A stretch of 64,000 nucleotides of DNA from Octopus sinensis (GCF_006345805.1 NC_043008.1:52886001-52950000); one strand, 5' to 3'. Positions 24,803-37,174 are shown, counted from the first letter of the stretch. Notes: generated by a model from the sequence alone, not told the origin. Program-made: numbers and translations.

Positions 24803-25918
24803 CAGTGGCTCTCAACCAGGGTCCACTGAAGATTGACAATTATTTAATACAATTCCTGATAATATTTAAAATATCAAAGGCGGCGAGCTGGCAGAAACGT
24901 TAGCACGCTGGGCGAAATGCGTAGCCGTATTTCGTCTGCCATTATGTTCTGAGTTCAAACTTTGCCTTTCAACAAGTACCAGTTATGCACTGGGGTCGAT
25001 ATAATCGACTTAATCCGTGTATTTGTCCTTGTTTGTCTCCTCTGTGTTTAGCCTCTTGTGGGTAGTAAAGAAATAGGTATTTCCTCTGCCACTACGTTCC
25101 TCAAGCCCCATCGTTGTCACGACAACCACCACTACAGATATAACCGAGGTCTACTTTACCTTTCATCCTTTCGGGGTCGATTAAATAAGTACCAGTTACA
25201 CACTGGGTCGATATAATCGACTTAATCCGTTTGTCTGTCCTTGTTTGTCCTCTCTGTGTTTAGCCTCTTGTGGGTAGTAAAGAAATAGGTATTTCATCTG
25301 CCACTACGTTCTGAGTTCAAATTCTGCCGAGGTCGACTTTGCCTTTCATCCTTTTGGGGTCGATTAAATAAGTACCAGTTACGCACTGGGGTCGATATAA
25401 TCGACTTAATCCGTTTGTCTGTCCTTGTTTGTCCTCTCTGTGTTTAGCCCCTTGTGGGTAGTAAAGAAATAGGTATTTCCTCTGCCGCTACGTTCTGAGT
25501 TCAAATTCTGCCCAGGTCGACTTTGCCTGTCATCCTTTCGGGGTCGATTAAATAAGTACCAGTTACGCACTGGGGTCGATATAATCGACTTAATCCGTTT
25601 GTCTGTCCTTGTTTGTCCTCTCTGTGTTTAGCCCCTTGTGGGTAGTAAAGAAATAGGTATTTCGTCTGTCTTTATGTTCTGAGTTCAAATTCCACCGAGG
25701 TCGACTTTGCCTTTCAATCTTTCGGGGTCAATAAATTAATTACCAGTTGCGTATTGAAGTCGATCTAATTGACTGGCCTCACTCCCTAAAGATTTCAGGC
25801 CTTGTGTTTAGAGTAGAATAGAATATTTAAAACACCAACTGACAATGGGGGTGTGGGTCCAGCAGATAAAATAGGTATCAATGGGATCCACGGGCAATAA
25901 AATGGTTGAGAACCGCTA
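24803..25918. mobile_element. hAT (Charlie/MER5-like) MITE carrying a nested SINE multimer
   Basis: TIRs CAGTGGCTCTCAACCA / TGGTTGAGAACCGCTA; perfect 8 bp TSD GACTAAAA (24795-24802 / 25919-25926). Confidence 0.88.
24878..25821 (+). mobile_element. Head-to-tail pentamer of SINE family A (184 bp period)
   Basis: GTATTT junctions at 25077, 25289, 25473 and 25657. The whole array is flanked by one 17 bp TSD AATATTTAAAATATCAA / AATATTTAAAACACCAA. Confidence 0.9.
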
Positions 25919-26141
25919 GACTAAAAGATTATAATTAAAAAAAAACAAAAATTCAAAACTCCACCTAGGCTTTCTCATTGTCTCCACTTCATTTATTCGC
26001 CATAGATAGGGATCATAACAGAGTAAGGATAACACATCGCAGTATGCAGCATCAGATCTTCAAAACTATCGAGTGGTTTAGCTTGCAAGTACTAAGTTCC
26101 ACCTCTTCTGGGTGTATTTAAAAATGTCTCTATGATCCTTT

Positions 26142-26248
26142 GAAGCGGAGGTAAAGAATACGCACACCACCAGTTTTCGGCGTAACCTTAACCCAACTCC
26201 TAACCCTAATCCTAAACACCGGGTGTGTGTATTCTTTACCTTCGCCCC
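26142..26248. mobile_element. 107 bp MITE-like element with a telomere-like core
   Basis: 27 bp inverted arms (23/27 match) around TAACCTTAACCCAACTCCTAACCCTAATCCTAAAC. Confidence 0.65.
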
Positions 26249-26579
26249 CATTGATTATAGATGTACACAATCAGGGTAGATAGCAGCAGCAGCTACAACA
26301 CCAACAGCGATGCAGCTAGTGCCCATGGACAAAATAGGAATTATCGACCGCTTGTCTGGTTGCCAGGTACCCGCCCCATCGAAACGGTTAAACTCCCGAT
26401 CTCACATTATACATTCTTGTTATAACTTCTACCACAGACCAAATATATTGCCGCAGTGAGTGAGAGAGTAGTTACAGTTTTGTTTATCAAATCAGGCCCG
26501 TTATCTGTTACCTTTCTCAAGTTATTTCTGCCAAATTCATCAACGATTGCCGAAAATTAGTTGAAAAACTAAACTATAA

Positions 26580-26680
26580 TTACAAAAACTACTACTACTA
26601 CTACTGCTGCTGTTGCCACTACTACTACTACTACTACCACCACCACCACCACCACCACCACCACCACCACTACCACCACC

Positions 26681-26713
<33 letters not shown>

Positions 26714-27250
26714 GTAATTCTTAGTGAGGCTACTAGTTCCAGAACCTTTCTGACCACTGTAAGGGTTGCGATTTCCCCTAACTTTACAACCGCTGCAGCC
26801 CCCATCGTTGCCACGACAACCACTACTACAGATATAACCTTCTCCATTCACCATTCACCGTCATCACCATCACTACTACTTCTACTACTACTACTACTAC
26901 TACTGCTGCTGCTACTGCTGCTGCTGCTGCTACTAGTACTGCCATCCCGACGACTGTCAATGCAATTATTAGCATCACCGTGGTCACAACGACCACCAGT
27001 ACTACAATTATTGCTACCTTCATCCATAACCCCTACCAATACCCACCATTTCTATTACTACTACTACTACTACTACTACTACTAGCACTTCACTATTACT
27101 ACTATTAAAATTACTACCATTGTAGCTATTAAGCATCACCATGAATTGCACATCGCCGCTACTGCGGTCACAAATACTACGATTACTATCAATACTATTA
27201 CCTTCACCATCACACACCACAACCGCTACTACTACTACTACTACTACTAT
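26580..27250. repeat. Degenerate trinucleotide (ACT/ACC/GCT)n low-complexity tract
   Basis: Directly visible; source of the poly-V/S/G ORFs. Confidence 0.9.
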
Positions 27251-28029
27251 TTTCTGCTCACCCTAAAGACACTTGATACTGCATATTCTGTTCGCATACG
27301 AAGGTGCAGGGGTTTGCTTGTCTGACAATAGCACGATGTGTCGGCAATCTGGTGGTGATCGATTGACTCTGAAAGAACAAAAGAAAGACAGAAAGGAGTA
27401 ATGATAATAGTGGGAGGGAAAACGTGGAAGTTAAGAGGAGAAAGATGTATAAGGAAAGAGAATAAAAATGGAAAGAAAGAAAAAAGTAGGAGAAAAGTGG
27501 GGGAGGATTGAAAGAAGAAATGAAAGATAGAGTTAAATGAAGGCGGGGTAAAAAGGTAAGGAAAAGAAATGAATGAAAATAGAACGAAAAAAAAATACAA
27601 GAAAGATTGGAAGATAAATGAAAGTATATAATTTATAGTGAAAGACTGGAAATGATAGCAAAAAGAAAATCCGAAAGAATGCAAGGATTCAACAGAACTG
27701 AAGAAAGGAAGGAAGCAAAAAGGGAGAAAGACATCAGGAAATGGTAATGAGATATGAAGAAAGCAAATAAATGATGCGGGGAATGAAAAGAATAAAGATA
27801 GAAATAAGAGAAAGAAAAATACACAACTTAAACGGAAAAGTAAGAAAACACGAAATAATCACATCACATCAGAAATGCTTGATGCAGCATACGCACGCGT
27901 ATGGGTGATCGCGAAATGTGTGTCAATATATTCGCTTTCTGAATATCTCTCAGCCAAAGGGATAGCCCCAAAATGTCAGGTTCCTTTTCTCCCTCTGGCG
28001 TACATACAAACTCGGCCAAGCTCGCATTC

Positions 28030-28159
28030 ATACGTACGTACGTACGTTCGTTCGTTCGTATGTATGTATGTATGTATGTATGTATGTATGTATGTGGGTA
28101 TATGTATATCTATCTATCTATCTGTCTGTCTATCTATCTATCTATCCATCCATCCATCA

Positions 28160-28232
<73 letters not shown>

Positions 28233-28291
28233 GGTAGGTATGTAGGTAGGTGATGGATGGATGGATGGATGGATGAATGGATGGATGGATG

Positions 28292-28363
<72 letters not shown>

Positions 28364-28372
28364 GATAGATAC
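28030..28372. repeat. Compound tetranucleotide tract with (TATC)n facing (GATA)n
   Basis: (TATC)n at 28107-28231 and its reverse complement (GATA)n at 28292-28371, with (TACG), (TTCG), (TATG) and (ATGG) blocks. Confidence 0.9.
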
Positions 28373-28479
28373 GTTTATAAGTTTGTTTTGCAAGTTTCCT
28401 GATGTGAAATCGTGTGTTGAGACAAATATTGTTATATTTCAGGATGGTCATTTTTTTTCTTGCCACATAAACACACGCA

Positions 28480-28733
28480 CAATATGTTCATTCTTCACTT
28501 GTTTATAATAATAGTTCTTATTTTATTCCATGACCATTTTCTGGAAATCTTTTGTCACACACCTGTGACCTCTTCAGTGCTATTTCCATCCCACATGCCT
28601 CCTCCTGTTCTGAGGAGACAATTGGGATGGAAGATTCACTAAAGAGGTCACAGGTGTGTGACAAAAGATTTCCAGACAATGGACATGGAATAAAATAAGA
28701 ACTATTATAAACAAGTGAAGAATGAGCATATTG
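28480..28733. repeat. Long near-perfect inverted repeat (~112 bp arms, 29 nt spacer)
   Basis: 28480-28593 matches the reverse complement of 28623-28733 with only a handful of substitutions and one 3 nt indel. Confidence 0.9.
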
Positions 28734-29199
28734 CGTATATTCTGCATTTTCCCCCAAAATTTAAAGGTCAAAATCCCTAGTATATACGAGGTTAAAAATG
28801 AAAAATATTTTCTAAGCAATGTCCGAGTCTCTATTTGCTGTCTGGCAATGTTTATTCAGATGCATTTTGTGATGTCGGGCACAAAAATACTTTAAGGTAG
28901 GCCAGAAAGCAATGAAGTCATAAAAGAATCATTCATAAACGTTATTACTGTTATTTCTTTATTTTCTGCAAACAAAATGCACAAAAAAGCTACACGTTTG
29001 CATTATGTTATATATACAATAATAATAAAGGACATTACCATATACATTTTTACAAACCAAGGACATTATATAGATCTCCTTGGCTCAAATTAGAGAAGGG
29101 GTGCGTATTATACACAAGGTTTAGGTTTTTCGGAGGTACAGCCCCTAAAAATCCCCTGCGTATTATACTCAAGGGTGGACTATACTCGAGGATTTATGG
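28733..29199 (-). mobile_element. pogo/Tigger-type MITE with the left TIR truncated
   Basis: Right end TATACTCGAGGATTTATGG|TA; inverted copy of 34324-34825. Confidence 0.8.
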
Positions 29200-29607
29200 T
29201 ATTTGGCAAGAAAAATGAGCATCCTAAAATATAACAATATAGGAATAAAATTTATATATAAAGAAACAAGAACGTGAAATACACAAAGGGACGAACACAA
29301 AAAACAGACGGGTCATTCGAAGCCTTTAATCTTCAGTCAGAAACCGGATCATCATAGCAAATTTCGGCTGATTAATTCTGATATTTGCTCCAACGCAGCC
29401 AGCCCCAAGGAAAAACTAAGCTGTGAGCATTAGATTTCTTGGAAAAAGGAGCGAATGTAAACGCAACAGGGACGAATATAAATACAAAAAAACGAAAACA
29501 AAAATAAAAAACAAGAATGGTTAATAACAGGATAACAGTAGGTATCTTACGACTTTAGACAAAATGAGACAAATATAACTTATCTAGCAGATACATATAT
29601 GTATATA

Positions 29608-30817
29608 CAAGGGTGGCCTGAAAAGTTTGTAGGCTGATTATGGAGGAATGATGCTAGAGCTGTGAAATCTTGTGTGTATTAACTTCAACTCTCCTTCTTA
29701 ATAACTGCATTGTTCCTTTCTATGTAAATTGACATCTGCCTGTTCAAAGAAGACTTCAAAAGTAACCAGTAATGACTTGGACATAATTTGGCATTGTGGT
29801 ATTATCAAGTAGCTGCAGAAATTGTTGTTATATTAGGGGATGATGCTCCAGCTTTACCGATAGTGCGAAAGTGAGCAGCTGAATTTAGGAGGAGAAAGAA
29901 GAGTCTTGAAGATGACCCAGAGTCTGGGCATCCTGCAACTGTCATCACCAAGGGAAACATTGATCATGTTCATCACATGGCAATGATGATGATGGATGTC
30001 AAGCAATTGAATATAAATCAAATAGCCAAAGCTATTAGGATATCCCATGAGAGAGAGATGAGAATATTCTGCCCAATGAACTTGGCATGTCTAAGGTTTC
30101 TGCTCAGTAGGTGACATGTCCTTTGATACCTGATCAAAAGTGCACCAGACTGTGGGAAAATCTGACATTGTTTCAGACTGATCGAGCTGGTTTCTTTGAA
30201 CATTTCCTAACCCAGAATAAGTGCTGGGTTCATCATTTTGAAACAGAGACAAAAAGACAATCCATGCAATGGGAACATCCCTCCTCAACTGCTCCAAAGA
30301 GGCCGAGGTCATTTCATCTGCAGGGAAGGTGGTGACCTTGGATTTTTGAGATGCAAAAGCCATTCTATTTATTGATTATCTTCAAAAGAGTCACACCATC
30401 AATGGAGAGTACTACGCCAACTTGCTGAGGCAGTTATGAAAGGCTATCAAAACCAAACACCTAGGAAAACTGATGAAAGGGGTCTTGTTTCATCAGGATA
30501 ATGCTTCAGCACACAAGTCCTTGGTTTCAATAGCTGGTGTGTGTGACTGTGGCTTTGAACTATGGTCATTCTCCCTATTCTCCTGATTTGGCCCCATCTG
30601 ACTATCATGTGTTCCCCAACATGAAAAAACACTTAGCTGGGAACCTAGTAATGATGACATCAAACCTACTGTTGATGACTTTTTTGACAAACAGGTTGAA
30701 AGCTTCTTTACCAATGGAAGAAGTGTGTGGACTGCAAGGCGGGACTATATATAGAAATATAAATCTCATTTGTTGCATTCCAAAAGTCTCATAGTGAGCC
30801 TATGAACTCTGCAGCCA
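29608..30817 (+). mobile_element. Decayed near-full-length mariner (DD34D) element
   Basis: TA|CAAGGGTGGCCTGAAAAGTT left TIR with a degenerate right TIR. Fragments WVHHFETETKRQSMQW, VLFHQDNASAH and HSPYSPDLAPSDYHVFPNMKKHLAG are broken by stops and frameshifts. Confidence 0.9.
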
Positions 30818-30826
30818 TATATATAA

Positions 30827-31272
30827 GCCCAAGGATCTGGTTGTATGGTAAGAAGTTTGCTTTCCAATTGCATGGTTCCAAGTTCAGTCCCACTGTGTGG
30901 CACTTTGGGTAAGTGTCTTCTACTATAGCCTCAGACAAGCCAGAGATTAGTGAGTGTTTTGATAGATAAAAACTGAAAGAAGCCCATCATATATGTGTGT
31001 ATATGTATATGTGTGTCTTTGTATCTACGTGCCCATCATATATATATGTGTGTGAGTCTGTGTATCTGTGTTTGTTTCCCCCCATCACTGCTTGACAACC
31101 AGTGACGGTGTTTATGCCCCTGTAATCTAGTGGTTTGGCAAAAGAGACTGACAGAATAAGTACCAGGTTTAGAAAAAAATGAAGTACTGGTGTCAATTCA
31201 TTTGATTCAAGTTCTCCAAGGTGCCCCAGCATGACCACAATCTTATGACGGAAACAAGTAAAAGATAAAAAG
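30827..31272 (+). mobile_element. Diverged SINE family B
   Basis: Head, core, internal microsatellite and tail as in the other family B copies. Confidence 0.8.
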
Positions 31273-31465
31273 ATATATAGATACACACACACACACACAC
31301 ACTCACACACATGAATGTATGTGTGTATGTACATGTATGTATGCAAATAAGGTACAGCTGAGTGATTAAGAAGTTTGCTTAGTAATCAATCATTGCCATC
31401 TTGATCGAGTATTTCTTACTCTACACACCCATCATCATCATCGTTTTAACATCTACTTTTACGAA

Positions 31466-31949
31466 CAGAATTAGATGAGTTGAAATATGTTTGTCACATA
31501 TTTCAACTACTGAAAGACAAATACACTGCTATTACCGCAGAGAATAAATCTCTCTTATGGTAAAACGGTGTGAAAACACCTGGTGCATTCAGTGTCACCA
31601 TCAATTATGAATCTCAGACATCAATGTTCAAGCTACTTGGCTCTCATCAATGAGATGTACCCAAGAGAGACAACTCTGAACAAACTTATAAAACCATAGC
31701 TTTATATATAATTCAGTCAACATGTTGACTGATTTGCACTAGGAGATCACCTGACCGAGGCAAATAGCAAGAGCCAAGTATCTTGAAACATCAATGTCGG
31801 AGATTCTTAATAGATGGTGACACTGAACAAACCAGGTGTTATCACACCTTTTTACCATAAGAGTGATTTATTCTCCACAGCAATTTCTGTGTATTTGTCT
31901 TTTAGCAGTTGAAGTATGTGACAAACATATTTCAGCTTACTTAATTCTG
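31466..31949. mobile_element. Fold-back element with ~180 bp inverted arms
   Basis: Arms ~31466-31645 and ~31770-31949; the spacer holds a perfect 20 bp palindrome TCAGTCAACATGTTGACTGA (31713-31732). Confidence 0.8.
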
Positions 31950-33383
31950 CTCATACTTACACACTGCTTAGCGCTAACACTTTGTTATCGGCTTTTATAT
32001 TTTGATGGGTCACAAGGAATTCATTGCGGTAGATTCTCAATGGCCAGATATCCTTCTTGTTGCTGATTCTCAACTATTTCCAAGCAAGATTTTTCCCATA
32101 GCCAGGCACGTTTTAATGTGTAATGTCAAAATAAGGAAATACAAACACCACAGACTCACTGTGTGTGTGTGTGTGTACATACATATGTATGTTTAACTAT
32201 CTATCTATTATTCTTTTACTTGTTTCATTCATTTGAATGCAGCCATGCTGGAGCACTGCCTTGAAATCAACCCCAGAATTTATTTATGGTAGTTATAAAT
32301 AAGTGTCGTTTACTTCCAATATTCTGCAAAAACATGTCTGGCTATGGGGAAAATATTGCCTAGCTTGGAAATAGAACCTCCCAGTTCATCCAAACATCAA
32401 AACATGGATGTTAAAATGGTGATCATGATGAGTCTAAGCGTTCCTACAATAAAGAACTTATGGAAATAAATTGAATAACAATACAAAGAATTACCCGGAC
32501 TGAAAGATCTGATGTATTCTGAGAGTTTGGGGTAGATTTTCTATGACCAGATGCTCTCCATGTTGCCAACCCTCATCTATTTCCAAATAAGGTAATAATT
32601 TTCCCATGATCAGTCATGTTTCCTTAGAATATTGGTTTTTTGGGGAGAGGGGGTTCAATAGGAACAATAATGGCATCAATCTCACCAGACCATTCTAGAA
32701 TGAGCTGCAAAAGCCATGGGCACAACTTGTTTTTCAAATCCTTTAAATTAAAAAAAGGTCCTCCTGATCAGAAATCAATGCATTGATCACCATAGTTTTA
32801 GCATGAAATGTGAAACATATATGAGGTCATTTTGCAAGGTTTAACCCAAGCCAAAACTTCTGCATTCTCAGTTTCCGTCCCATCAAGATCAAATTTTGTC
32901 TTTCATCTTCCTGGTGGTCAAACAAAAATGAGTACCAAACCAAGGTAGTGGATTAGTAGAAGTGTAAGGATGTTGGACTACACGACTTGTAGTTTTTGTT
33001 CCAACACTTAGTGTCGTGAGCTCACATTCTGTCAGACAACTTGGGTGGTAGACTTCATCCATCATCATGTTTAACACCACCACTTGGCATTTTGGATGCT
33101 TCCGGTAGAGTCCACTTTGTTACAAGTATTTTAAACTCAGTTTCCAATTTGAGAACACCTTTCACTCCCCCTCACTGTCTCCCTACCTCCTACTAGTCTT
33201 GAAGGTGTTATAAAAGGTCATATGCACTTTCCGTCTCCTGACTGAAAGATAACAAAAAATTGAAATAAAACCGTATTGATGGCTGGCTTGGGTTTTTGAA
33301 AACAGTGAACCCCCTATTGCTCAAATATTTGGGAGTTTGTACAATGCATTAAACATGAACATACTTTAAATGATACCAAAATT

Positions 33384-33741
33384 CAGTGGTTCTCAGTCAG
33401 TGTTCATATGACCCTTGGGGGTTATATGAGCCCTAGGAGTCCCTATAAAAATTTGGTGGGGTCTATGCAAAAAAATGATAAATTGGAGATGCATAGTAGT
33501 ATATTAAGTGTCCATGAAATATTTTGATTTAGATGTAGTTATTGGAAGAATCAGATAAATTTCTCAAATGTTTTACGTAATTCAATCTATACAAGTTAAT
33601 ATGTGAAAAACTAAATAGGAATTTTAAAAGGAGTATTTATAAAACTAGTTTTTTAAACATCAAATGTCTACTGGGGTCCACCAGAATAAAATATTATTCA
33701 AAAGAGTCCATAGGTAAAAAAAAAATAGTTGAGAACCACTG
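33384..33741. mobile_element. hAT-Charlie (MER5-like) MITE
   Basis: TIRs CAGTGGTTCTCA / TGAGAACCACTG; decayed 8 bp TSD (5/8 match). Confidence 0.8.
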
Positions 33742-34323
33742 CTAAGACTGAACAATATATTACAGGTCAAAAGCCTTCTTTGGAGAGATGAAAATAAAAC
33801 AATATTGTTGAAAGAAAAAAAAACAGGCTTCTTGTGAATTAGTCATAAGTTTAAACATTATATATTTAAGAGGTTACCTCATAAAGTTTTATCAACTTTT
33901 CGTGTTTTTAAACTAGATTTCATGAGTAATTAGTATTTAATTTTTTTATTATTTGTTTTTATTTTTTTTAACATTTTATTGAAATCATATGAATTAATAA
34001 TTTGCTATCAGTGAATACGGTAATTAGTCAATTGGTTGTAGTTAGATTTGCTAATTGGTGAGTCATTGATTAGTCAATTACTGCCAGTGAATTGCAGTTG
34101 ATGAATTTTCCCATAGCCATACCTGAGAACATCATCAAAATCATCATCTTTTGATGTTTGCTTTCTACACATGCATGTGTTGGATGGTGTGTCAAGGTCC
34201 GACATACAATTCTCACTGGTAAAAATAGAGTTTCTAGATTGGATAGATTTGAGGTATTGCTTTGGTCCAGTAGTAGGACACTTATGTTCATAGGAGATGT
34301 GGGTTTGAGTCTCACAGGCAGTA

Positions 34324-34825
34324 CCATAAATCCTCGAGTATAGTCTACCCTTGAGTATAATACACAGGGGATTTTTAGTGGGCTGTAACTCTGAAAAACC
34401 TAAACCTAGTGTATAATACGCACCCCTCCTCTCCTTCTCTAACTTGAATCAAGGGGGTCTATATAACATCCTTGGTTTGTAAAACTGTATACGGTAACGT
34501 CCTTTATTATTATTGTATATGTAACATGTAGCTTTTTTGTGCATTTTGTTTTCAGAAAATAAAGAAATAACAGTAATAATGTTTAATAAATTTTGCTTAC
34601 TGCAAGTTATGGATGATTCTTTTGACTTCATTGCTTTCAGGCTTAAGGTATTTTTGTGCCCGACATCACAAAATACGTCTGAATAAACATTGCCAGACAG
34701 CAAATAGAGACTCGGACATCGCTTAGAAAATAATTTTCATTTTTAACCTCGTATATAGTATGCACTAGGGATTTTGACCTTTAAATTTTGGGGAAAAAAT
34801 GCGGATTATACTCGAAGATTTATGG
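34324..34825 (+). mobile_element. Complete pogo/Tigger-type MITE
   Basis: 19 bp TIRs CCATAAATCCTCGAGTATA / TATACTCGAAGATTTATGG (18/19) with TA TSD. Confidence 0.88.
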
Positions 34826-35530
34826 TACTCAACTTTTTCTTTCCAAAAGCGGTTTCAACTCAATATTTGTGTGTGTGCGTGTGGTGTGCATGTGTGTGTG
34901 TGTGTGTGTGTGCGCGCACGTGTGTGTGTGTGTGTGTGTGCGTGCGTGTGTATGTGCGTGTGTGTGTGTGTGTGTATGTGTGTGTGCACTTCAAGATATA
35001 CTATTCCCCACAAAATTTATCTCATGTTCTCTCAAAAGTTTATAAAATTCTTTTATGTGTGTGTGTGTGTGTGTGTGTGCACATACATATTAATGAAATA
35101 GGAATGTGTGCCACAGTCTCCAAAAGTTTCCACCTTATAAAAATAAGAGAGATGAATGAGGGATAGGGAAGGATTAGAGATCCCTGATAAAAAAAAGAAT
35201 TAAAAGATTAGCTTACAGTTATATCAATTGTTGTTGATTAGCAAAGCAGAAAATCGCTATATGAAAAAAAAAAAAAGGCTATTATATAAAAAATGTTTGG
35301 CACATATTCAAGATACTTCTAACAATTATTTATTGCTTTATCTATCTATTTATTTATTTATTTGTTTATTTAGCAAAACATTTGTCCTGTAATGTTCAAT
35401 ACAGGGAACGAAACAAGACTTAACATTTGATGGATTTATTGATAGAAGTTTTCCAGAACTGGATCAATTCTACAGTAACCTTTTCAATTGCTTGACTCGG
35501 TCTGCCTTTGTCTCTGTCTCTCTCTCCCCC

Positions 35531-35572
<42 letters not shown>

Positions 35573-35639
35573 CTCTATCAGTGTTTCTTTACTTCTTTCA
35601 CCCTTCACTTTTTTCCCATTCCATTCCTCTCTCTTTTTC

Positions 35640-36305
35640 TCTGCGTGTGTGTATGTGTGCATCAATACATATACATATATACATGAATATATACACATTT
35701 ATGTGTGCATGTGTATGTGTATACACGTGTATATATGTATACATACACATACATACATACATATACACATACATACATACATACATACATACATACATAC
35801 ATGCATACATGAATGCATGCATACATACATACATACATACATACATACATGCGTACATACATACATGCATGCATGCATACATACATACATACATGCATGC
35901 ATGCATACATACATACATACATACATACATACATGCATGCATGCATACATACATACATACATACATACATGCATGCATGCATACATACATGCATACATAC
36001 ATACATACATACATACATGCATGCATGCATGCATACATACATACATACATACATACATGCATGCATGCATACATACATACATACATGCATACATACATAC
36101 ATACATACATACATACATACATACATGCATACATACATACATACATACATACATACATGCATGCATGCATACATACATACATTCATACATACATGCATAC
36201 ATACATACATACATACATACATGCATGCATGCATGCATACATACATACATACATGCATACATACATACATGCATGCATGCATACATACATACATACATGC
36301 ATACA

Positions 36306-36337
<32 letters not shown>

Positions 36338-36365
36338 CACATACATACACACATATATACACATG
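35640..36365. repeat. ~700 bp (CATA)/(CATG) alternating purine-pyrimidine microsatellite
   Basis: Directly visible; near-strict RY alternation. Confidence 0.95.
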
Positions 36366-37142
36366 CGTAAAACTAGAAAGAGCTCACTGTAGATCCATAA
36401 AGATTCGCAGAGCAAATATTCAATATATAAATAATAGTTTTGTGGGTGTGTGTAAGTCTTACTCAAATTTCTCTCTCACTCCCTCTCTCTTTATTTCTCT
36501 CATTGTCTGGCTGAGGCCAGTTATACATCCTTTTGATTAAGAACTCTGATAAAAAACGAATATCTCTCATAAGTAATATTATATCATTGTATTTCATATT
36601 ATCATTCTATTTATCTTTGGTATCTATCTATCCTATCTAACAACCTATGTTTTCCTACTCAATCCTCCTACTTTCACTCTCTCTCTCTCTTTCTCTATTG
36701 CTCCGACTTCTTTTTTTCTTTACCACATATTTTTTTCATTTCACCCACTACATATCGAATGACTGTGCCCCAGCAGAATGGCGGTGCCCCAGCAGAATGG
36801 TGGTACCCCAGCATGGCCACAGCTCGTAAGCTGAAACTAGATAAAATAAAATAAAATAAAATAAAATATCATTAACATCACACTTTTGTCTGTCTGTCTG
36901 TCTGTCTCTCTCCCCTCCTCTCTCTCTTTTTCTTTTCCATGTTTTTATTGCTTTCCCAAGTTCAATAATTCGCCTATTTTTTCCTCTCACCCTCTCCTCT
37001 CTTTCTTCGTTCTTTATCTCTTTCTTTCTTTCTTTCTTTATCTATTTTTCTCTCTCTTTCTCTGTCTTTCTTTTGCTTTCTTTACACTTTCACATCTATC
37101 TTACCCTTCTCCCTTCTCAGCTTCTATTTCACACCATTAATT

Positions 37143-37174
<32 letters not shown>

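Noticed and set aside
24878-25821. CRISPR-like or satellite interpretation of the 184 bp array
   Set aside because: No unique spacers; units are SINE bodies found as monomers elsewhere in the window.
26540-27220. Mucin-like Thr-rich or poly-Val/Ser/Gly frames
   Set aside because: Degenerate trinucleotide tract with frameshifts; no start or splice context.
29305-29350. CTGAAGA...GAAT motif on the minus strand in a possible Penelope-like repeat
   Set aside because: No convincing stem I or II and the core is altered.
35217-35256. 40 nt segment with strong minus-strand splice sites
   Set aside because: Stops in all three frames; shows that such signals arise by chance or are non-coding.
35488-36540. 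Six overlapping ORFs of 185-350 aa (HTYI/MYVC repeats)
   Set aside because: RY-alternating microsatellite cannot contain stop codons; no coding signal.
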